Origin: a virus
IMG/VR virus record: IMGVR_UViG_3300009104_000009
Span: 1-64,000 of that record
Length of the DNA stretch: 64,000 nt
Strand: one strand, 5' to 3'
In this document: one piece after another, positions 1-9,415 of the stretch
Numbering within the stretch: position 1 is the stretch's first letter
How the letters are laid out: each line of letters begins with the position of its first letter
Translations under genes and position numbers: made by a program
The notes under the pieces: model-generated
Seen by the model: the letters and a program-made list of their open reading frames with translations, nothing else
Told to the model about the DNA's origin: nothing
Databases searched by the model: none

Positions 1-1125
1 TTAAGAAGACAGGGAACTTCAGTTACGATTAATTATAATCATTCTGATGCTTTAAGAGATATTGAATTAACAAGATATAGTTCATCTGTCAGGAGTATGG
101 TTGAAAATACATGGCCTGTCAGACATAATATTAAAGTAGAACCAAATATTGCAGATATTGATTTAGATGAAGATTTAAGAGCAGAAGTAGAAGTTCCGAT
201 TGATGAGCCAATGTATGTTGAATATACTAATTGGACACAAGAAGAACCAGAGATACCATTCATGTATGGTAAATCAAATGAATTTATTGTTACATGGGAA
301 GATGATTACATAGTTAAAGTTTGGGTTGATGTTGAACTTAATCCCGATTATCCATATCAAGAAGAGTGGGAAGATGAATATGATTTTGATGAGGAAGATT
401 GGGAAGACCTAACTGATACTGATAATGAAACTAACACCGATAATGAAACTGAAGAAACAGACAATGAAACTGAAGAAGTAGATTCAACTTTGTGGGCTCA
501 CTATAAGTTTGAAGGTGACTTAAAAGATAGCAGTTCATACGGCAGAGATTTAACTGGTGTAGGAGGATATGGTTTTACAATAACATATTCTGGTGATAAT
601 AATACAATCAATAAGGATGGACAAGCCGCATGGTTACCCGGAAATGATTCTGTTTATGCACATTATAATGATATAGACATTGCCACAACAGATAATTGGA
701 CTATTTCATTTTGGGTTAAGCCGTCAAATTCTCAGATGGATCAATGGGCCTCTATAATGTCAACAGGAACTTCTACTTCTGGTGACAGGTTTCAAATTGA
801 TTATAGTGGTAATGGTAAACTAAGATTTAATGGGACAGGAGTCAATGAACAAATGGATCTTGATGATGGTGAATGGCAACATTTTGTTTTTACAAAATTT
901 TATGAAGCCAACTATGTCTATTTGTATAATCACAAATTAACATATTATAAAAATGGCGAGTTCAAGGGAAACAAAGTTATGGTAGACACCTATTGGGAAT
1001 TACTTAAAATAGGAATGAACAGACTTGGTGGAGGGCCATGGAAAGGTTATGTAGATGATTTTAGAATATATAAGCGAGTACTTACAAATATTGAAGTTAA
1101 AGAGTTATATGAGAGTTATGATTAG
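1..1125 (+). CDS. LamG/concanavalin A-like domain protein with acidic linker (5'-partial)
   Basis: Frame is open from base 1; C-terminal HYKFEGDLKDSS...WTISFWVKP...WQHFVFT...GYVDDFRIYKRVLT is LamG_3-like. Confidence 0.75.
   Translation, partial: LRRQGTSVTINYNHSDALRDIELTRYSSSVRSMVENTWPVRHNIKVEPNIADIDLDEDLRAEVEVPIDEPMYVEYTNWTQEEPEIPFMYGKSNEFIVTWEDDYIVKVWVDVELNPDYPYQEEWEDEYDFDEEDWEDLTDTDNETNTDNETEETDNETEEVDSTLWAHYKFEGDLKDSSSYGRDLTGVGGYGFTITYSGDNNTINKDGQAAWLPGNDSVYAHYNDIDIATTDNWTISFWVKPSNSQMDQWASIMSTGTSTSGDRFQIDYSGNGKLRFNGTGVNEQMDLDDGEWQHFVFTKFYEANYVYLYNHKLTYYKNGEFKGNKVMVDTYWELLKIGMNRLGGGPWKGYVDDFRIYKRVLTNIEVKELYESYD
412..477 (+). repeat. Three imperfect TDNET peptide repeats in acidic linker
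   Basis: gataatgaaact / gataatgaaact / gacaatgaaact. Confidence 0.8.
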
Positions 1126-1441
1126 TAAAATACTATTGATTCTGTTATTTTTCGGTTGCGGTGTACCACCTGAAGATTGGCAAAATACTCGACCTGGAAG
1201 TGATGAACAATGGATGGCATCTATGGATACTTCTATGGAAAAATGGATAGATGCTTCACAGTATTTGCCCAGAGAAAAATTACAAGGATTGGTTCACGCA
1301 GGATTTTTTGAATTAAAAGAAGGAATTTATTCTCATCATTGCGACAGCCATGGAAACATGATAAGGATGAAATATAATGAAGAAAATAATACATGGAAAC
1401 AAATTAAATATGAAACATTAGGATGTGGAACAGATTTATAA
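1118..1441 (+). CDS. Predicted lipoprotein
   Basis: MISKILLILLFFGC lipobox-like start overlapping the upstream stop. Confidence 0.6.
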   Translation: MISKILLILLFFGCGVPPEDWQNTRPGSDEQWMASMDTSMEKWIDASQYLPREKLQGLVHAGFFELKEGIYSHHCDSHGNMIRMKYNEENNTWKQIKYETLGCGTDL

Positions 1442-1444
1442 ATA
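1437..1444 (+). promoter_or_regulatory. T4-type late promoter
   Basis: TATAAATA. Confidence 0.65.
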
Positions 1445-1472
1445 TCATATAATATAAATTTTTAGGGAATGC

Positions 1473-2786
1473 ATGGCCGATAAAAGTATATCTCAATTTG
1501 AAAAAATGATGGAATCATACGCAGGTATGGAAGGCATATCTGAATTTGAAAGAATGATGGATTCTTTTGTAACACCCCAGACTGAACCTCCACCTTTAAA
1601 ATTTAAATCAGAAATAAAAGTCAGTGAGCCTGAGCCGGTTCAAGAAGAATTACCAGACGGCTTAGTCGCAGGTGTTCATGAAGATGTGCCAGTTGAAGAA
1701 CCAATTAAAGAAGATCCTGTAAAAGCAATTGTAGATAAAATAGAACAGGAACAACAATTTGTAAAAAAAGAAAATATCGAAATTGATTACGATAAAAGGA
1801 TTTCTTTAATAGAACAAAATCTTAATACAATATCCAGAAGATCAAGAGATTTTTCTAGTGCAATGGGTGGTTCAGGTGAAGTAAGATTGTTAAGACTTGA
1901 CGATGTTGATACTTCTAATTTAGCAGATAACAAATATCTTAAATATAATAGTTCAACAGGAAAATTGGCATTTGTAGATGGTACTGCTGGTGGGTCTAAA
2001 CATACAATACAGAAAAATGATCTTGAAGATGGGTCTGATGATACAACATCATATAACGCTAAAACAAATATGTTATTTGATGCAAACGTTTTTCGCGTTA
2101 CAAATGATAGTGGTTCCGATTCAACACAAATAAGATTAATAACAGCTTATACGGGAATTACCGCCGGAACAGCTGCAGCTAATAAAGCGGTTATACTTGG
2201 GACATCTAAAGTACTTGATGGAATAGGAAATATAACAAATGCAGGTACAATTGGTGCAACTACGATTACAGGAACAAAATTAGTTTCTTCAGGTACCGGA
2301 GCTGCGAGCGTTAATACATCCGGTGGAATTACAATGAGTGGTGCTATTACAGGCGCTACCACCGTAAATTGTGGTGATATAGATGTTCAAGATACTAATA
2401 GCGAAGCAATTATACAATTGCATCGAAATGAAGCGGGTTCTAACGGAAATTCCTTAGGAAAATTAAAATATAAAGGAACTAATTCTGCCAGCGAAGAAAT
2501 AAATTTTGCGCAAGTTAATGGTAAGCAAAAAACTATTACAGATGGATCAGAAGATGGCTCATTAGAATTTAATGTTATGAATGCAGGCAATTTACAAACA
2601 ACTATGGAAATAGATGAAGATGGTGTAATAATATCTGGTAATAGGTCTTTAACATTTGGTAGTGACGTGTTTAGAATTATGTCAGAACAGAGTAGTTCGG
2701 TGGCTACATCAACCACCAATAGCGATAAAAGATTAAAAGTAGAATTGAATGGATCGGAATTTTATATTCCGCTCTATAATGTCTAA
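1473..2786 (+). CDS. Virion structural/fibre-like protein
   Basis: Acidic N-terminus, GGSGEVRLLRLDDVD...LKYNSSTGK fibre motif, Gly/Thr-rich beta region. Confidence 0.55.
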   Translation: MADKSISQFEKMMESYAGMEGISEFERMMDSFVTPQTEPPPLKFKSEIKVSEPEPVQEELPDGLVAGVHEDVPVEEPIKEDPVKAIVDKIEQEQQFVKKENIEIDYDKRISLIEQNLNTISRRSRDFSSAMGGSGEVRLLRLDDVDTSNLADNKYLKYNSSTGKLAFVDGTAGGSKHTIQKNDLEDGSDDTTSYNAKTNMLFDANVFRVTNDSGSDSTQIRLITAYTGITAGTAAANKAVILGTSKVLDGIGNITNAGTIGATTITGTKLVSSGTGAASVNTSGGITMSGAITGATTVNCGDIDVQDTNSEAIIQLHRNEAGSNGNSLGKLKYKGTNSASEEINFAQVNGKQKTITDGSEDGSLEFNVMNAGNLQTTMEIDEDGVIISGNRSLTFGSDVFRIMSEQSSSVATSTTNSDKRLKVELNGSEFYIPLYNV

Positions 2787-2795
2787 AGGGTAAAA

Positions 2796-3161
2796 ATGGC
2801 TATTTTAAGTAGAAAAAATCGTGCAGACGATGATAAGATAAATACAATTGAGGAGATGTACTCTGATAGTGAAGAAAAAGTATGGGAAAGTGATCCAATG
2901 AAAGCATTAGTATTTGAAGGAACCGAACGCCGTAAAAAATTAAATTTTTGGTCGCGTTTTATAATAACATTGATAATAGTATTAACTTTTTTATTTTTGG
3001 TATGGTTATTATTTTTCGGAATCCTGCCAGAAGAGTCTCGCGATCTAATTAATATAATGGTGGGGGCCTATGTGGCGGTGCTTGCCAAAGCGACTGACTA
3101 CTGGTTTAAGGAAAAGGATGATCCCGAACATAAAGAAACAGAAAAATACGATACTCTCTGA
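2796..3161 (+). CDS. Two-TM membrane protein (possible holin)
   Basis: Two hydrophobic segments, charged C-terminus. Confidence 0.45.
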   Translation: MAILSRKNRADDDKINTIEEMYSDSEEKVWESDPMKALVFEGTERRKKLNFWSRFIITLIIVLTFLFLVWLLFFGILPEESRDLINIMVGAYVAVLAKATDYWFKEKDDPEHKETEKYDTL

Positions 3162-3174
3162 GGTTAGTTAAGAT

Positions 3175-3465
3175 ATGGCCGCACGAAGAATAGTAACTAA
3201 AGCAGAGAAGACAAATCTGGAGACACACGTGGATTTGTGTGCCGAAAGATATCAACGGTTAGAAGAGAAGTACGAAGAATTGAAAGAAACATTTAAGGAA
3301 GATAGATTAATAATACATGAAAGAATTGATAAAGTAAAAACTAGTATAGAAGAAATGAAGACTTTGTTCATTGAACAAAATTTAAAACAAAATAGAATAA
3401 TTATTACAAGCGCAGTTGCTATTATAGTTGGATTACTCACTATATTAGCCAGTAGTTTTCTTTAG
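3175..3465 (+). CDS. Coiled-coil protein with C-terminal TM helix
   Basis: LETHVDLCAERY coiled coil plus IIITSAVAIIVGLLTILAS. Confidence 0.5.
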   Translation: MAARRIVTKAEKTNLETHVDLCAERYQRLEEKYEELKETFKEDRLIIHERIDKVKTSIEEMKTLFIEQNLKQNRIIITSAVAIIVGLLTILASSFL

Positions 3466-3476
3466 AAAAGGTATAT

Positions 3477-3986
3477 ATGTTATCATTCAAAGAACATAAT
3501 GATATAATAGATGAAGCAGTAGAAGAATTTATTTCTGAAGCGGAAGAAGCCGGAGAACTAGATACTTTTTTTGAGTGGATCGAAATGGAAGATATGGGGA
3601 TAGTGGAAGAACATATGTCTTTATATGAAAAAGAAACTATGGCAGCCTTCGGTCAACGAATGAGACAGCAAGGTAGACGAATGAAAAGAATGGTTAAAAG
3701 AGCTTCATTTCAATTAAAGAAAAAGAGATCACAGGTTTTTAGAAAAACAGAAACTAAAAAACGGACTTCCGCAAGAAATCAAACCTTCAGACAAGTTATT
3801 CCTGGTGCAGTAATGAAAGCAAAAGGTGCTGTTGGTGCCATAAAGAAAAGAATGTGGAAAGCTATGAAAGCCTCCGTTATTAATAGAAAAATAAAACCGG
3901 CTATTCGAAGAATTACAAGAGATGAACCAAAGAGAATGAAGCAGGCGCGTGCTAATTTAGCTGGCCATGCAAAAGTACACAAATAA
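3477..3986 (+). CDS. Acidic/basic head-associated protein (possibly gp68-like prohead core)
   Basis: MLSFKEH leader, acidic N-half, very basic C-half. Confidence 0.4.
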   Translation: MLSFKEHNDIIDEAVEEFISEAEEAGELDTFFEWIEMEDMGIVEEHMSLYEKETMAAFGQRMRQQGRRMKRMVKRASFQLKKKRSQVFRKTETKKRTSARNQTFRQVIPGAVMKAKGAVGAIKKRMWKAMKASVINRKIKPAIRRITRDEPKRMKQARANLAGHAKVHK

Positions 3987-3991
3987 TAAGG

Positions 3992-4240
3992 TTGTCTATG
4001 CCTAAACATGTTAAAGTGAGAAATTTTAGAAAAGTGCGACGAGCTATAAGAGAGTCAAACGGTACAACAGTTAGAAAACATATTCGAAAAACAGAAGTAC
4101 ATTATATACGCGGTGAAAACGATCCAACAGGAGATGAATATATCAAATCTCTTGATTCAAAATTTTTTATAAAAACTCAAGATCCTCACAGCAACACTCC
4201 GTACGATTCAGTTGATTGGAATAGTGTATTAAAAGGATAG
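3992..4240 (+). CDS. Hypothetical protein
   Basis: Tightly packed ORF. Confidence 0.5.
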   Translation: MSMPKHVKVRNFRKVRRAIRESNGTTVRKHIRKTEVHYIRGENDPTGDEYIKSLDSKFFIKTQDPHSNTPYDSVDWNSVLKG

Positions 4241-4247
4241 GTAATAA

Positions 4248-5900
4248 ATGGGTAATCATTACCTAGGTAATCCAAAACTTAAAGCGGCGAATGTTCCCGT
4301 AGAATTTTCAGAAGAACAGTTAACTGAATATATCACATGTCAGAATGATCCTGTTCACTTCATCACAGACTATGTCAAAATTATACATGTTGATAAAGGC
4401 TTAGTAGATTTTAATCTATATCCTTTTCAAGAAAACATGGTACGAAAATTTCACGATAATCGTTTCGTGATATGTAAGATGCCACGTCAGTCAGGTAAAT
4501 CAACAACCATCATAGCCTTCTTTTTACACTACATTCTTTTCAATGAAAATGTTCAGGTTGGTATTCTAGCAAACAAAGGATCTCTAGCTAGAGAGTTATT
4601 AGATAGATTAAAATTATCATATGAGAATTTACCAATATGGTTACAGCAAGGTATTCTGGCATGGAATAAAGGTAACATAGAATTAGAAAATGGTTCGAAA
4701 GTATTAGCAGCCGCTACCTCATCGTCCGCGGTTCGTGGATCATCTTTTAATATAATTTTCTTAGACGAGTTTGCACACGTTCCAAAAGAATTAGCAGAAG
4801 AATTTTTTACTTCGGTTTATCCTACTATTTCCTCTGGTCAAACTACCAAAGTTTTTATCGTATCAACACCTTTAGGTTTAAACCAGTTTTATAAGATGTG
4901 GGTAGATGCAGAAGAAAAAAGAAGTAATTATGTCCCCATTGAAGTTCACTGGTCAGAAATTCCAGGTCGAGATGCTGCCTGGCGAGAAGAGACTATTCGC
5001 AATACAAGCGAAAGACAATTCTCACAGGAATTTGAAACAGAATTTATTGGTAGTACAAGAACATTAGTAGCTGGTTCAAAATTAAGATCTATGGCATTTA
5101 AAACACCAGTACATTCTTATGAAAATTTAGATATCTTTGAGCAACCGGTACCGAAACATACATATACAATTGTATGCGATACGGCAAAAGGATTACAATT
5201 AGATTACTCAGCCTTTACAGTTATAGATAGTACCACACTTCCTTACAAGGTTGTCGCAAAATATAGAGATAATGAAATATCTCCTATGCTATATCCAAAT
5301 TTTATATATAAAGCGGCTAAACATTATAACGAAGCATTTGTGCTAGTAGAAGTTAATGATATAGGCGAATCTGTTGCGATGACCCTTCATCAGGATATGG
5401 AATATGAAAACATGTTAATGATGAATTGGAAAGGACGCGGAGGTCAAGTATTAGGTGGTGGATTCGGAAAAAATGCTCAATGGGGCGTAAGAACCACAAA
5501 ACAAGTTAAACGTTTAGGCTGCTCGACTTTAAAGAATTTAATAGAAGAAGATAAACTTATTATTACTGATTATGATATAATATATGAACTTACTTCTTTC
5601 TCGGCTAAAAAAGAATCATATGAAGCCGAAGAAGGTCATCATGATGATTTAGTTATTACTCTCGTAATTTTTGCATGGTTAACAAATCAGCAATATTTTA
5701 AAGAATTAACAGATTTTGATCTGAGAGAAAAAATGTATCATGAAAAGATGAAAGAAATAGATGAATCTTTTCTACCATTCGGATTTATTGACGATGGAAC
5801 AGAACCAGAGACTTTTGTTGATAACCAAGGTACGCAATGGAAGACCGCCCGAGCTGATAGAATGTTGGAAGAATCAGGGCACAATGTTTTCGGAGTGTAA
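4248..5900 (+). CDS. gp17: Terminase large subunit
   Basis: YLGNPKLK, Walker A PRQSGKST, FLDEFAH, HDDLV. Confidence 0.98.
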   Translation: MGNHYLGNPKLKAANVPVEFSEEQLTEYITCQNDPVHFITDYVKIIHVDKGLVDFNLYPFQENMVRKFHDNRFVICKMPRQSGKSTTIIAFFLHYILFNENVQVGILANKGSLARELLDRLKLSYENLPIWLQQGILAWNKGNIELENGSKVLAAATSSSAVRGSSFNIIFLDEFAHVPKELAEEFFTSVYPTISSGQTTKVFIVSTPLGLNQFYKMWVDAEEKRSNYVPIEVHWSEIPGRDAAWREETIRNTSERQFSQEFETEFIGSTRTLVAGSKLRSMAFKTPVHSYENLDIFEQPVPKHTYTIVCDTAKGLQLDYSAFTVIDSTTLPYKVVAKYRDNEISPMLYPNFIYKAAKHYNEAFVLVEVNDIGESVAMTLHQDMEYENMLMMNWKGRGGQVLGGGFGKNAQWGVRTTKQVKRLGCSTLKNLIEEDKLIITDYDIIYELTSFSAKKESYEAEEGHHDDLVITLVIFAWLTNQQYFKELTDFDLREKMYHEKMKEIDESFLPFGFIDDGTEPETFVDNQGTQWKTARADRMLEESGHNVFGV

Positions 5901-5912
5901 AGATTGTTTATT

Positions 5913-5920
5913 TATAAATA
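5913..5920 (+). promoter_or_regulatory. T4-type late promoter
   Basis: TATAAATA upstream of gp18. Confidence 0.8.
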
Positions 5921-5981
5921 ATATCAGTAACTAATAGTACATGAACTTAATAAATTTTTCAGCGATTTACAGGAGAAGAAG

Positions 5982-8183
5982 ATGGCATTTACAGTAAGTC
6001 CAGGAGTAGTTACTCGCGAAATAGATTTAACTACGATAGTGCCTGAGACCGGAACAACAGCAGGTGCTTTTGCTGGGGCTTTTCGCTGGGGACCTATAGA
6101 TAAAATAGTTAATGTAAGCAGTGAAGATCTACTGGTGGAAAACTTCCAGAAGCCTGACTCTTCAACATATCTAAGTTTTTTTTCAGCGGCGAATTTCTTA
6201 GCCTACGGACAAAATTTGAATGTTGTTCGAGTAGCCAACTCAATGGCATATAACGCAACGACAGATGCGGCAAACTCTGTCTTAATTAAAAGTGATGAAG
6301 ATTATTATAATACGTATTACTCAGAATTTGGAGGATCAGGTCCTTCGGCTAATTACGGTGAATTTGCAGCCAAGTACGCCGGTGAGCTAGGCAATTCAAT
6401 GAAAGTATCCATGTGTGGTGCTGACATTACTGATGCCGCTATTACTGGAACCGCTACAGTTGCCTTTGCCGGTACGGAAGGAACCGTTACTGGTACAGGA
6501 ACCGCCTTCACATCAGAATTACAGTTGAATGATGTTATATATTCTAATTCAACTACACATTACATTGTGACTGCGATTGCGACTGATTCTGCAATGACGA
6601 TTCAATCTTCATCTAACACCGACGTAAGCAGTGCTACAGCGTATAGACGTGCACATTCATCTAAGTATAAAGAGGCTGAAGCAGGAACAGGTCCTATTAT
6701 GGGAACAGTTCAGGTTTCTGATACGGCAAGAAAAGTAATGACAGGAACTGGAACATATTTTGATCTCCAGTTAGCTGTTGGCGATAAAGTTACAATTAGT
6801 GGTGAAACTCACAAAGTAGCTTCTATTACAAGTAATACAAGCGCCACTTTAGATACGGCAATTTCCCCAAGTGCAACGGCAATATCAACTTCCGTTGAAT
6901 GGGCAAGAGAATGGGAATTTGCGGGTAATTTTGATTATCCTCCAACTACCTCCGATTTTGCAACTCGCCGAGGTGTAAGTAATGATGAAGTTCATGTAAT
7001 AATAACAGACGAAGATGGTGAGTGGACCGGAGTTAAAGGTACCGTTCTAGAAATATTCCCAGCTTTGTCAGTAGCTAGCGATGCCAAATCAGAAGATGGC
7101 CAAGCACTTTATTATAAAGAAGCAATTAATAGACGATCCAAATATGTTTGGTGGATGAAACACCCAACCGGTTCCGGTGCAGACACTGCGCCTAATACCG
7201 CAGCTTGGGGAACATCTGCGAACTCTGCATCAAAACCAGCTTACACTCAAAACAGAATTGGTGTAACTGCTAGTATGACAGGCGGAGCCGATGGTCAAAC
7301 ATTAACTGATGCTAATATTATTGTGGGATATGACAAATTTAAATCAGCAGAAGATGTTGATGTATCTTTGGTCGTAACCGGAGCTCAATCATCAGTTGTA
7401 AATTCATACCTCATTAGCAACATTGCAGAAGTACGTAAAGATTGTATGGTTTTCTGCTCTCCGGAGCAATCCGATGTTGTTAACAATTCTGGAAATGAAG
7501 TAACCGCAATTAATAACTTCAGAGATAAACTACCAAGTTCTTCTTATTCAGTTATAGATAGCGGCTGGAAATATCAATACGACAAGTATAATGATGCTTT
7601 CAGATACGTACCATTAAATCCAGATGTTGCCGGCTTAGTTGTAAGAACTACTATCGACAGAGATTTTTTCTTTTCTCCGGCCGGGTTCAATAGAGGTCAA
7701 GTTAAAAATGTTGCCAGGTTAGCATGGAATCCTAGTAAAACAGAAAGAGATAATCTTTATAAAAATGGTGTAAACCCAGTTGTATCTTTTTCCGGACAAG
7801 GAACATTGCTATTTGGAGATAAAACTCTATTAGCTAAACCATCAGCATTTGATAGAATTAACGTTAGAAGGCTTTTCATCACATTAGAAAAGTCAATTGC
7901 AAATTTTGCTAGATTCTCAATGTTTGAATTTAACGATGATTTTACTAGATCCAGTTTTGTTTCTTCAGTTGAACCATTCCTCAGGGATATTCAAGGTCGA
8001 GGCGGCATAACAGATTTTGCAGTTGTTTGCGATGAATCAAATAATACTCAAGAAGTTATAGATAGAAACGAGTTTATCGGAAGTATATTCGTTAAGCCGA
8101 CTAAATCCATTAACTTCATCTTACTCAACTTCGTTGCAGTAAGAAGTGGAGTAGAATTTGAAGAAGTTGTAAACGCAGTATAA
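5982..8183 (+). CDS. gp18: Tail sheath protein
   Basis: SPGVVTREIDLT, FSPAGFNRG, FDRINVRRLF. Confidence 0.98.
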   Translation: MAFTVSPGVVTREIDLTTIVPETGTTAGAFAGAFRWGPIDKIVNVSSEDLLVENFQKPDSSTYLSFFSAANFLAYGQNLNVVRVANSMAYNATTDAANSVLIKSDEDYYNTYYSEFGGSGPSANYGEFAAKYAGELGNSMKVSMCGADITDAAITGTATVAFAGTEGTVTGTGTAFTSELQLNDVIYSNSTTHYIVTAIATDSAMTIQSSSNTDVSSATAYRRAHSSKYKEAEAGTGPIMGTVQVSDTARKVMTGTGTYFDLQLAVGDKVTISGETHKVASITSNTSATLDTAISPSATAISTSVEWAREWEFAGNFDYPPTTSDFATRRGVSNDEVHVIITDEDGEWTGVKGTVLEIFPALSVASDAKSEDGQALYYKEAINRRSKYVWWMKHPTGSGADTAPNTAAWGTSANSASKPAYTQNRIGVTASMTGGADGQTLTDANIIVGYDKFKSAEDVDVSLVVTGAQSSVVNSYLISNIAEVRKDCMVFCSPEQSDVVNNSGNEVTAINNFRDKLPSSSYSVIDSGWKYQYDKYNDAFRYVPLNPDVAGLVVRTTIDRDFFFSPAGFNRGQVKNVARLAWNPSKTERDNLYKNGVNPVVSFSGQGTLLFGDKTLLAKPSAFDRINVRRLFITLEKSIANFARFSMFEFNDDFTRSSFVSSVEPFLRDIQGRGGITDFAVVCDESNNTQEVIDRNEFIGSIFVKPTKSINFILLNFVAVRSGVEFEEVVNAV

Positions 8184-8207
8184 ATAATATAAATTATCGT
8201 ATAAATA
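8179..8207 (+). promoter_or_regulatory. Two tandem late promoters
   Basis: TATAAATA at 8179-8186 and 8200-8207. Confidence 0.7.
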
Positions 8208-8237
8208 ATAAAAAAATAATATACGAAGGAAGTTAAA

Positions 8238-8813
8238 ATGCCAGGATTTGTAGTAGACGGAACGGATTCTTTCATAGGTAAAATGACTGAAGGAGGAGCG
8301 AGAGCTTCTTTATTTCAAGCTACGGTAGCCCTTGCAGGACTGGGCGACGCTCCACAAGGTGCTGAGTTAGCAGATTTTAAATTTATATGTAAGGGAATTC
8401 AAATTCCTTCTAATACTATGGGTATAACCACTGTTAATTACATGGGTAGAGCAGTAAAATTACCAGGTAATAGAACATATGAAGATTTGACAACTACCGT
8501 TATCAATGATGAGGGATATTCGTTTAGGAATCAAGTAGAAAGTTGGATGAGCAAATTAAACTCTCACGCCGGTAACGTAAGGGCTGCATCTCACGTAAGT
8601 AAATTGTCCGGTTATACTACATCAATGTTTTTAGATGTATTTACAAAAGCCGGTCAGACTGATGGTCCAGGAGGTGGTGGATGGACATTTTATAATTGTT
8701 TTCCAACGTCTCTAGATCAAATTGATGTTAATTGGGACCCCAATGACGCGGTAATGGAATACACAATCACTTGGGCCTATGATTACTGGCTCTCAGGTGA
8801 TCAGGGCGGCTAA
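8238..8813 (+). CDS. gp19: Tail tube protein (copy 1)
   Basis: GGARASLF, YMGRAVKLPGNRTY, YTITWAYDYW. Confidence 0.9.
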   Translation: MPGFVVDGTDSFIGKMTEGGARASLFQATVALAGLGDAPQGAELADFKFICKGIQIPSNTMGITTVNYMGRAVKLPGNRTYEDLTTTVINDEGYSFRNQVESWMSKLNSHAGNVRAASHVSKLSGYTTSMFLDVFTKAGQTDGPGGGGWTFYNCFPTSLDQIDVNWDPNDAVMEYTITWAYDYWLSGDQGG

Positions 8814-8839
8814 GCACAAATTAAAATAGGAATAGAAAA

Positions 8840-9394
8840 ATGGCAGATTTTAATGTAAATACGTTTACAAGTAAATTAAAAGGTGGGGGCGCCCGAACTA
8901 ACCTGATGTGGTGTACCATGACACCACCACAAGGTATAGCGGGAATGTCTAACTGGACATATCTGTGCAAAGCATCTCAAATACCCGCGTCAACAATTAC
9001 CGCAATCGAAGTACCATATTTTGGTAGAAATGTAAAAGTCGCAGGAGAAAGCAGAGAATTTGCTCCTATGACCACGACAGTAGTTCAGGATGAGGGATAT
9101 GCAATTTATAATGGGTTGGTTGATTGGATGCAAAAAATGAATGGCGCTATGAGTAACAAATCTCAATCAGGTTTATTCGCAAGTAGAGGAGCCTACACCA
9201 CTCAAATAACTCTAACAATGTATAAAAAAGATGGCACCAAAGATCAGGATTGGACATTCGTGAACTGTTGGCCATCTACAATGTCCTCAATCGATTTAAA
9301 TTGGGATAGTGTAAACACTATTCAAGAATTCACTGTTGACTGGCAATATGACTACTATTATCACGGACAAGCTAATATCAGTAAGGACGCTTAA
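8840..9394 (+). CDS. gp19: Tail tube protein (copy 2)
   Basis: GGARTNL, YFGRNVKVAGE, FTVDWQYDYY. Confidence 0.9.
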   Translation: MADFNVNTFTSKLKGGGARTNLMWCTMTPPQGIAGMSNWTYLCKASQIPASTITAIEVPYFGRNVKVAGESREFAPMTTTVVQDEGYAIYNGLVDWMQKMNGAMSNKSQSGLFASRGAYTTQITLTMYKKDGTKDQDWTFVNCWPSTMSSIDLNWDSVNTIQEFTVDWQYDYYYHGQANISKDA

Positions 9395-9415
9395 ACCTCA
9401 ATCTAAAAATATATT

